64,000 nucleotides of DNA, from the NCBI GenBank assembly GCA_913030915.1, contig CAJWEW010000001.1:35225-99224 (forward strand), read 5' to 3'. How positions within the stretch are numbered: the stretch's first letter is position 1; each line of letters begins with the position of its first letter. Positions 57,671 through 64,000 of this stretch are shown here, piece after piece. The notes beneath the pieces were generated by a model, which was given only the letters and a program-made list of their open reading frames with translations, made no database searches and was not told the DNA's origin. The position numbers and the translations under genes were made by a program. Origin of the DNA: an uncultured Rhodobiaceae bacterium. Lineage in GTDB: Bacteria > Pseudomonadota > Alphaproteobacteria > Rhizobiales > TMED25.

Positions 57671-58972
57671 ATGTTATTTGAAATAAAATCTTTCCAAGAT
57701 CGAATTGCCCATTTATATCCAAAAGTAATGGATTTATCACTGGGAAGAATTGAAAATCTTCTTAATAAATTAGGTAATCCACAAGACGGTATAGAGAAGA
57801 TTATTCATATAGCTGGAACAAATGGGAAAGGCTCAACACTTACATATATTTCAAGCATTCTTACCGCAGCTGGCTTCTCGGTTGATTCATATACATCGCC
57901 ACATTTAGTTCATTTTAATGAGAGGATCAAGATTGGAAAAAAAGGGTATCAGGAGGATATAGATGATGCTTCCCTGGAGGAGATACTCTTAGAGTGCGAG
58001 CAAGTAAATGATGGTGATCCAATAACAATTTTTGAATTAATCACAGCAGCAGCATTTCTGAAATTTTCAAAAACAAAATCTGATTTTCTCATACTTGAAA
58101 CAGGTTTGGGCGGCAGACTTGATGCAACAAATGTTATCCAAAATCCACTTGTATCTGTGATTACACCAATAGGAATTGATCATCAGCAATTTCTCGGAAA
58201 TTCTATACAAGAGATTGCGTTAGAGAAAGCAGGCATCATAAAAGACGGATGTAAAACTGTATTATCGTATCAGGATAAAAATATAATTCCAATATTTCAA
58301 GATATAATCAATTCTAGAAATAACATCTCTAAAATTTGGAACAAAGATTATTCTGTTATTGATAACGGGGAATATTTTTCATATTCCGATCAAAAATATC
58401 AGATGTCACTCCCACTACCAAATTTATACGGTAGGCACCAGATTATGAACGCTGGAACAGCGATCGCAACAATTGCAGCAATCGATAATATTTCCATTAC
58501 GAAGGAGTCCTTTATTGAAGGCATACAAAATGCTGAATGGCCAGCAAGATTAGACTTTTTGGAGAGAGGTCCATTGCATGGGCATGTACATAATGATACT
58601 GAAATATGGTTAGACGGAGGACACAACAGTCATGCTGCAATCGCGATAGCCGATGCAATAAGCGCATTAGATAAAAAAAAGTTAATCTTAATTATTGGTA
58701 TGTTAAACACAAAGAATTGCCGTGAATTTCTGGAGCCTTTTAAAAATATCACAGAGACTGTGATAGCAATTAAGATACCAGATAATATTAACTCACATAC
58801 ACCAGAAAAAATAGTTGATGATGCTGAATCACTTGGTATTTCCGCAATAGCAGAAATAGATCTTCATAATGCACTTATGCACACACGTAAGTATTTTGAT
58901 GACTCTATGAGGATACTGATATGTGGATCTCTGTACCTTGCTGGTTATGCACTGAAAATACACAGAGGGTAA
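57671..58972 (+). CDS. folC: Bifunctional folylpolyglutamate synthase / dihydrofolate synthase
   Basis: 433 aa. P-loop 'HIAGTNGKGST', 'ETGLGGRLDATN' and 'LDGGHN'. Confidence 0.9.
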   Translation: MLFEIKSFQDRIAHLYPKVMDLSLGRIENLLNKLGNPQDGIEKIIHIAGTNGKGSTLTYISSILTAAGFSVDSYTSPHLVHFNERIKIGKKGYQEDIDDASLEEILLECEQVNDGDPITIFELITAAAFLKFSKTKSDFLILETGLGGRLDATNVIQNPLVSVITPIGIDHQQFLGNSIQEIALEKAGIIKDGCKTVLSYQDKNIIPIFQDIINSRNNISKIWNKDYSVIDNGEYFSYSDQKYQMSLPLPNLYGRHQIMNAGTAIATIAAIDNISITKESFIEGIQNAEWPARLDFLERGPLHGHVHNDTEIWLDGGHNSHAAIAIADAISALDKKKLILIIGMLNTKNCREFLEPFKNITETVIAIKIPDNINSHTPEKIVDDAESLGISAIAEIDLHNALMHTRKYFDDSMRILICGSLYLAGYALKIHRG

Positions 58973-58980
58973 TGGTTATA

Positions 58981-59301
58981 TCAAATATTTTCGTCAATCC
59001 ACTCAAGCAGTGTTAGTTTTGGGAAAGCTCCAACTTTTGTTGATACTAGCTCTGCATTTTTAAATAGTAACAGAGTTGGTATGCCTCTAACACCATAGTT
59101 TGTAGGCGTAATGGGATTTTCATCAATGTTAACTTTGACAATTGATAATTTACCCTCGTAGTCAGATGATATCTCTTCGAGTATGGGGCCAATTTGTTTG
59201 CAAGGACCGCACCATTCGGCCCAGAAATCTACAAGTACTGGAACCGATGAAGTATCTATCTCTGATTGAAAGTTATCGTCAGTAAGTTGTTTTGTTGCCA
59301 T
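58981..59301 (-). CDS. trxA: Thioredoxin
   Basis: 106 aa. '[18 protein letters not shown]' and '[10 protein letters not shown]'. Confidence 0.95.
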   Translation of the reverse strand: MATKQLTDDNFQSEIDTSSVPVLVDFWAEWCGPCKQIGPILEEISSDYEGKLSIVKVNIDENPITPTNYGVRGIPTLLLFKNAELVSTKVGAFPKLTLLEWIDENI

Positions 59302-59337
59302 CTTATTACCTCGTTTTTAAAAAAGTAACATGTTAAT

Positions 59338-60810
59338 TTAAGAAGTCAATAAACTACTTTCGTATTGCTTGAATATTTCCTCAAGATTATCATTATAATC
59401 ATCGAGAAACTTTAGCTTATCATTATCCTCATCATATTTCTCTCTTAAATCATCAACAGCAGCAAATGCCTCAGGTATGGTAAGCCATTTTTCAGTATTA
59501 CTGCTTGTTAGTCTTTTAGATATATCTTTATCTATTGATCTACGGTCTTGTTCATCCAATAGGGATGAGTCATATTCATAAATTATTTTTTTTGCAAAAT
59601 ATTTGTATCCTTCTTGCTCAAATTCTTCTGAGATAATAGGTTTTTGGCTCCAGTCAGCTGTATGAAATTTTTCCATTAACATCTTATCCTTGTTTGAAGC
59701 AAATCCCACAGAGTATAGGCTCTCTTCCCAGAAAGGATCTAGTTGCGATATTTGTTGTTCGAAATCGCTGCTCTCGTTCTGATGCCAGTCCAAAATTTTC
59801 ATCTTAAAATCATTATTATTTTTTATGATGCCTGCCCTTTGATTAAGTTCTTCCATTCCAATAGCCTCATATTGTGGGAAGCTCATGGCGTAGTCTTTAT
59901 CCATGAATATTGGATGTCTATTAAATCTTCGCGTTCTTAAAAATTTTGTTTTGCTGTCGCTATTTATCTGCTTCAGCTCGGTTATATTGAGATCTAAAAG
60001 CTCTTGGGGATCTCTTTTTAAATCAAAAAAAAGATTTATTTCTGCATTATTTCTATTGGAGTAGGATCCAATGTGCGCTGTTGCATAAGCATATACCTTT
60101 CCATAGTAGGCCTCATGATGGCATAAAATATCTCGATCTTGGATATAATTTGTAACATCGCTTTTCGAAGCAGTTTCAAGGGATTTTGACCAAAAGTCAG
60201 GTGTTTTCCGTTTTATTATTTTACATATATCGATTGTTGTTTCAACATCAGCCATAGCATCATGCGCATTTGAATGATCAATATTATTCGCCTTAGCGAG
60301 ATTTTCTAGAGAAAACTGCTTTTTTACATCGAGAGTCTTGACACAAGATGGGTTAAACACAGAGGATGCGCGGACTATATTAAGTGCGTCAGCTCTTTTG
60401 TTGCCGTTTATCTGGGTAAAATATGGATTATGCAGATTTTGAAACAAAGAATTCCTTAAAAACTCTTCGTCAAAATCTATTGAATTAAAGCCAATATATA
60501 TTGCACTGCCCCATTCTCTGAATTTATCTAGCATGTTACAGATAAGTCTATAGTTAGAAATATCATTTGTGTTACGAATTGACGTCATTGACAAATTGTT
60601 AACGAGTAATGCCGATGGATTTGGTATTAGTGTCTTATTTAAGTTACATTTAATTTCAAAACGATCCCTCTCGACCATGTTCTCGTCGCAAAAAATTGCT
60701 CCTACCTGAAGTATCTGGTCCCACTGACCATGTCGGGTTTTTTTCTGAATTTCTCCCCTGCCGGATGTTTCTAGGTCATAAAATATTAAATTACTCATCT
60801 TTAATTTCAC
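59338..60810 (-). CDS. sbcB: Exodeoxyribonuclease I (DEDDh 3'-5' ssDNA exonuclease)
   Basis: 490 aa. 'IFYDLETSG', 'IGFNSIDFDEEFLR' and 'FSLENLAKANNIDHSNAHDAMADVETT' parallel the E. coli ExoI blocks 'FRLEHLTKANGIEHSNAHDAMADV' as I recall them. Confidence 0.85.
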   Translation of the reverse strand: MKLKMSNLIFYDLETSGRGEIQKKTRHGQWDQILQVGAIFCDENMVERDRFEIKCNLNKTLIPNPSALLVNNLSMTSIRNTNDISNYRLICNMLDKFREWGSAIYIGFNSIDFDEEFLRNSLFQNLHNPYFTQINGNKRADALNIVRASSVFNPSCVKTLDVKKQFSLENLAKANNIDHSNAHDAMADVETTIDICKIIKRKTPDFWSKSLETASKSDVTNYIQDRDILCHHEAYYGKVYAYATAHIGSYSNRNNAEINLFFDLKRDPQELLDLNITELKQINSDSKTKFLRTRRFNRHPIFMDKDYAMSFPQYEAIGMEELNQRAGIIKNNNDFKMKILDWHQNESSDFEQQISQLDPFWEESLYSVGFASNKDKMLMEKFHTADWSQKPIISEEFEQEGYKYFAKKIIYEYDSSLLDEQDRRSIDKDISKRLTSSNTEKWLTIPEAFAAVDDLREKYDEDNDKLKFLDDYNDNLEEIFKQYESSLLTS

Positions 60811-61553
60811 TCAGAAAACTGGTTAGCAAGATTAATTGCTTCTACATTGCCCGCATGGTACCAAGTGTTTTCAAATACCAAACCGTAGCATGTTCTTTTT
60901 TTTATGAGTTTACTCCAAATTTGAACGAGAGAAAATCTGTCATCGTTAATAAGCTCTAGAGTTTTTGTATTGAGAACTGAAATACCCATAAATACCATTT
61001 TATCTGATCGATCGCTTTCAATCACAGTACCATCTTCAGTGATAATAAAATCACCACCACCAAAATACCCAACAGCATTTTTTGGTGATGAAAAGGCTAA
61101 CAATGCATCCATTTTATCTGGATTAAATTTTTTTTGTAAGTCTTGAAGCAAATTTGAATAGTTATTTAATAATATGGCATCACAATTGATAATCATAATA
61201 GCTTTAGTAGTGTTCAGATCTATTGCATTCTTTATCCCTCCGCCTGTATCAAGTAATCTAGTCTCGTGGGAAATATGGATATTCGATATTTTTTTCCTTT
61301 CAATAAATTCGAAGATTTTTTTATGCTGATAGTGTGTATTGATATATATTTTATTTATACCAATCGTTGTTAGTGCATCAAAGATATAATCAATCATTGG
61401 TTTTTGGTTAATTTCAACCAAGGGTTTTGGCATATTTTTTGTGAGAGGCATAAGCCTCCTGCCAAATCCTGCTGCAAGAATAAAGGCATCCTCCACTGTT
61501 TTTTTATAATCAATATGTTTATTTGTTTTGAGATCCATCTTCACTAAATTCAA
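60807..61553 (-). CDS. Sugar-phosphate nucleotidyltransferase, MurU-like
   Basis: 248 aa. '[26 protein letters not shown]' and 'DTGGGI'. It occupies the conserved position downstream of the tsaE-linked kinase (the AmgK/MurU-type pair). Confidence 0.7.
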   Translation of the reverse strand: MNLVKMDLKTNKHIDYKKTVEDAFILAAGFGRRLMPLTKNMPKPLVEINQKPMIDYIFDALTTIGINKIYINTHYQHKKIFEFIERKKISNIHISHETRLLDTGGGIKNAIDLNTTKAIMIINCDAILLNNYSNLLQDLQKKFNPDKMDALLAFSSPKNAVGYFGGGDFIITEDGTVIESDRSDKMVFMGISVLNTKTLELINDDRFSLVQIWSKLIKKRTCYGLVFENTWYHAGNVEAINLANQFSE

Positions 61554-62763
61554 TTTTAGATAAGCTTTTTCCTAATAATGTTGACTCAAATGTTTGCAGT
61601 CTTTTAAAAATTGAAATGAGCTCAATGATGGTTGGCCATGCGTTTACAATATATTGGAAAGAATTAGAAACTTGACCGAATGCAGTGAGTATTTGCTGCA
61701 ATATCCCAAAAGTTATTTTACCAGCAACAATTGTAGGGATAAGTATTAAGTAGGCAAAAATATTGTCAGCTTGTAAATAGAAGCTTCTTGCAACGTTAAA
61801 ATATAAATAGTGAAAATACAGACGAAAATAATTTCTTCTTACGTTGCTGAAAAGCTCATTTATTGATTGAGGGGTGGCGCGATCTTCATAGTCTTCCCCA
61901 TAGACTAATTCCTTTCGAAGAGAAGCCTCAACCCTCTGGTTTCGGAATTCCAAACCGGGCAATTTTATTCCCACTATTGCTAAGAATATTGTTCCAAATA
62001 ATGACCAGAATATCGCGGCATTTAATAACGGTGCCGGTATTTCACCCAGTATCGGTAAAACTGTAACATATTCAGACAAGGCAAGGAGGACCGGCAAGAA
62101 TGCAATTAATGTCATTACAGCATCAATTATTGAGACTCCAAGACCCTCCATGATGGCCGCAAACCTCATTGTGTCCTCTTGGACACGTTGCGCTGCACCC
62201 TCTATTCTTCTGAGCTTTGACCACTGATCAGTGTAATAAAAATTCATAGCAGTGCGCCACCGAAAGATATAGTGGCTGACAAAAAACCTCGTTAAAACAA
62301 ACACAGCAAGTGAAACGAAAGCAATTTGTGCAAATATAAATAGAAGAATATACAGATCTTCCGAATAGACGGTAATTTCATTTCCCAAAGCATTTTGAAT
62401 AGCGTCAAAGAATGGCCTTCTCCAATTATTGATTGCAACTGCAACTTGTACTCCAAAATATGTCGAAAAGATTATCAATGATGAGCCCAGAATTGACCAA
62501 TTTTGCCATTTATGAGGCGAATATCTAAACCAAAAACCAGCAAATATAAGTGTGGCAATGAGATAATATAAATAGAACCAGATAAACTTATTAGATATGA
62601 AATACCCAAGACCAATTATTGGCTCTGCATCTTCATTAATATTAAAACCAAAGATTTTTGCTATATCAGGTCCAATCCAGAACCAGATTACTGTTGATAA
62701 AATAATCCAAATTATGGCAGACGGAAAAAAAATTTTTGGTATGGGGAAGAAAGATCTAAACAT
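61519..62763 (-). CDS. sbmA: SbmA/BacA-family inner-membrane peptide transporter
   Basis: 414 aa. Near-collinear with E. coli SbmA as I recall it: 'MFRSFFP', '[14 protein letters not shown]', '[16 protein letters not shown]', '[23 protein letters not shown]' and '[13 protein letters not shown]'. Confidence 0.85.
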   Translation of the reverse strand: MFRSFFPIPKIFFPSAIIWIILSTVIWFWIGPDIAKIFGFNINEDAEPIIGLGYFISNKFIWFYLYYLIATLIFAGFWFRYSPHKWQNWSILGSSLIIFSTYFGVQVAVAINNWRRPFFDAIQNALGNEITVYSEDLYILLFIFAQIAFVSLAVFVLTRFFVSHYIFRWRTAMNFYYTDQWSKLRRIEGAAQRVQEDTMRFAAIMEGLGVSIIDAVMTLIAFLPVLLALSEYVTVLPILGEIPAPLLNAAIFWSLFGTIFLAIVGIKLPGLEFRNQRVEASLRKELVYGEDYEDRATPQSINELFSNVRRNYFRLYFHYLYFNVARSFYLQADNIFAYLILIPTIVAGKITFGILQQILTAFGQVSNSFQYIVNAWPTIIELISIFKRLQTFESTLLGKSLSKIEFSEDGSQNK

Positions 62764-64000
62764 TCAACGTTTCCTTGAAATTCTGATTTAGCCAATTTGC
62801 TAGCCTTTGTATTTTACCTGATTGCATTATACGTTTGATGTAACAAATTACTCGTGGCATATGAACTAAATAATTCTGATTGGTCTCAAGTATAGCAAGT
62901 CTTGCAAAGATTCCCAATATCTTAATTGATCGCTGAACTCCCAGAATATGATATTGCTGCATAAATGATAAACTATCAAATTGGAAATTACTGAAGGGAA
63001 AATCTTTTCTGAATAATTCAATTAAATATTTTTCTTGGTATTCATCTATCGTAATCCTTGCATCATTTGTAAGGGAGACAAGATCGTAAAGAGGGTGTCC
63101 GAATAGCGCGTCCTGAAAGTCAATCACTGCACATTTTCTGAAGCCATTTTCATTTTCTAAAAATAGAAGGTTTGGTGAGTGAAAGTCTCTCAACATTAGC
63201 GTCTTATCATTTGAAAGATTTGAATATACCTCTTCCATAATATCTTTAAATTCTTGTTTTTTATCTGCATTACATTGTTTTCCATGAACGAAGGGCCAAT
63301 AGTAATCGATGAATATCTCTGCCTCATTAAGGTATATATCCAAATCAAATTCTTTTAAGTAATGTGGGTTTGAGTTTGTACTAATATTTTTTGGGTGATT
63401 AATATTAGAAATATGTATTAGTGTCTTTATTGCAGGATTATAGAGTTCCTGATAATTCTGTTTTGTTAACACATCTGTATAAGAATATTCTCCTAAATCC
63501 TCTTCGAGGATAATATTATCAATCTTATTTCTCGCTATTAAGTTTGGAACGCGTACGTCAATACTATCTAGGTATTCTTGAATTTTAATGAAATCATCAA
63601 TACCGTTGGTTAGGCCGGTCTTACTTTTGATGTCACTTTCTTGGGTTGCATCCATCAGTATCATAGTATTATCTGAGCTCATAATCCTGTAGTATCTTCT
63701 TTTTGAGGCATCACCCGGTAATCTTTGTAATTCAGTGAAGTTTATATCCAGATCGCTGAGGAAATTTTCTATCTTAGCCCGATTATTAACAATATCCCCG
63801 AATTTGCCGAGAGGGTTTATTCTATAAAGTCTCTCATTTTCTATGCACTTAATTGAAATTTCAATACGGTCTTTAGGCAGTAAGTCCTGAAATTTTTCTG
63901 CCCACTCTATAATGCATATCTTATCCGTGAAGGAGTCGTTAAGGTCAATTTCAGGGAGCTCTATCTCACTCTCAATTCTATAAAAATCGTAATGTGCAAT
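62756..64000 (-). CDS. TsaE-like ATPase C-terminus fused in frame to an APH-fold (AmgK-like) sugar/antibiotic kinase domain (partial; N-terminus beyond window end)
   Basis: The track ORF starts at Met 63682, but I translated codon by codon from 64000 down and found no stop: '[12 protein letters not shown]...[10 protein letters not shown]...' (TsaE C-terminal motifs) runs directly into '[27 protein letters not shown]...' (kinase N-lobe). Later come 'RDFHSPNL' and 'IDFQDA' (the APH catalytic/Mg motifs). Confidence 0.75.
   Translation of the reverse strand: MAHYDFYRIESEIELPEIDLNDSFTDKICIIEWAEKFQDLLPKDRIEISIKCIENERLYRINPLGKFGDIVNNRAKIENFLSDLDINFTELQRLPGDASKRRYYRIMSSDNTMILMDATQESDIKSKTGLTNGIDDFIKIQEYLDSIDVRVPNLIARNKIDNIILEEDLGEYSYTDVLTKQNYQELYNPAIKTLIHISNINHPKNISTNSNPHYLKEFDLDIYLNEAEIFIDYYWPFVHGKQCNADKKQEFKDIMEEVYSNLSNDKTLMLRDFHSPNLLFLENENGFRKCAVIDFQDALFGHPLYDLVSLTNDARITIDEYQEKYLIELFRKDFPFSNFQFDSLSFMQQYHILGVQRSIKILGIFARLAILETNQNYLVHMPRVICYIKRIMQSGKIQRLANWLNQNFKETLNV

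Overview
This 64-kb window comes from an AT-rich chromosome (about 30-35% G+C from hand counts of a few lines). It is very gene-dense: about 70 CDS, 1 tRNA, intergenic gaps mostly under 100 bp, and many 4-35 bp gene overlaps. I found no rRNA, CRISPR array, IS element or prophage. The gene content points to a streamlined marine alphaproteobacterium, SAR11/HIMB114-like or a similar lineage; that assignment is inference. Two blocks of classic alphaproteobacterial core synteny flank an accessory middle at about 22-47 kb. The first block is phoH-miaB-acyltransferase-fur-rimI-tsaB-nifU-usp-trpS-murJ-glnD, gshB-rsmI-hemW-rdgB-rph, then hrcA-grpE-recF-gyrB. The second block is aroA-cmk-rpsA-sppA-ihfB-pyrF-trpFBA-accD-folC, then trxA-sbcB-murU-like-sbmA-tsaE/kinase. 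The accessory part holds five things. (1) An uncharacterised CoA-dependent catabolic cluster: MCE-like epimerase, a divergent MenB/BadI-type crotonase, a class III and a two-subunit class I CoA-transferase, and a convergent omega-transaminase. It is flanked by a creatinase-like M24 hydrolase and an SMP-30 lactonase. (2) A co-directional redox/membrane string ending in a BacNaV voltage-gated channel with filter TLSSWE, then a blue-tuned (Gln105) proteorhodopsin without a signal peptide, then a DCC/DUF393 thiol oxidoreductase, then an overlapping 41-aa DUF2256 zinc-ribbon ORF that is missing from the ORF track. (3) A TPR/GT9-like protein co-oriented with one of two divergently transcribed secreted HExxH metalloprotease candidates, next to tRNA-Ala(GGC) and a Cys-rich SNase-like protein. 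(4) GST, ALDH, pseudoazurin, nth and alkA-like genes. (5) At the right edge, a TsaE-kinase fusion with sbmA wedged into the conserved kinase/nucleotidyltransferase pair and sbcB where addAB is usually found. All functional calls rest on motif recognition by eye. No database search was run.
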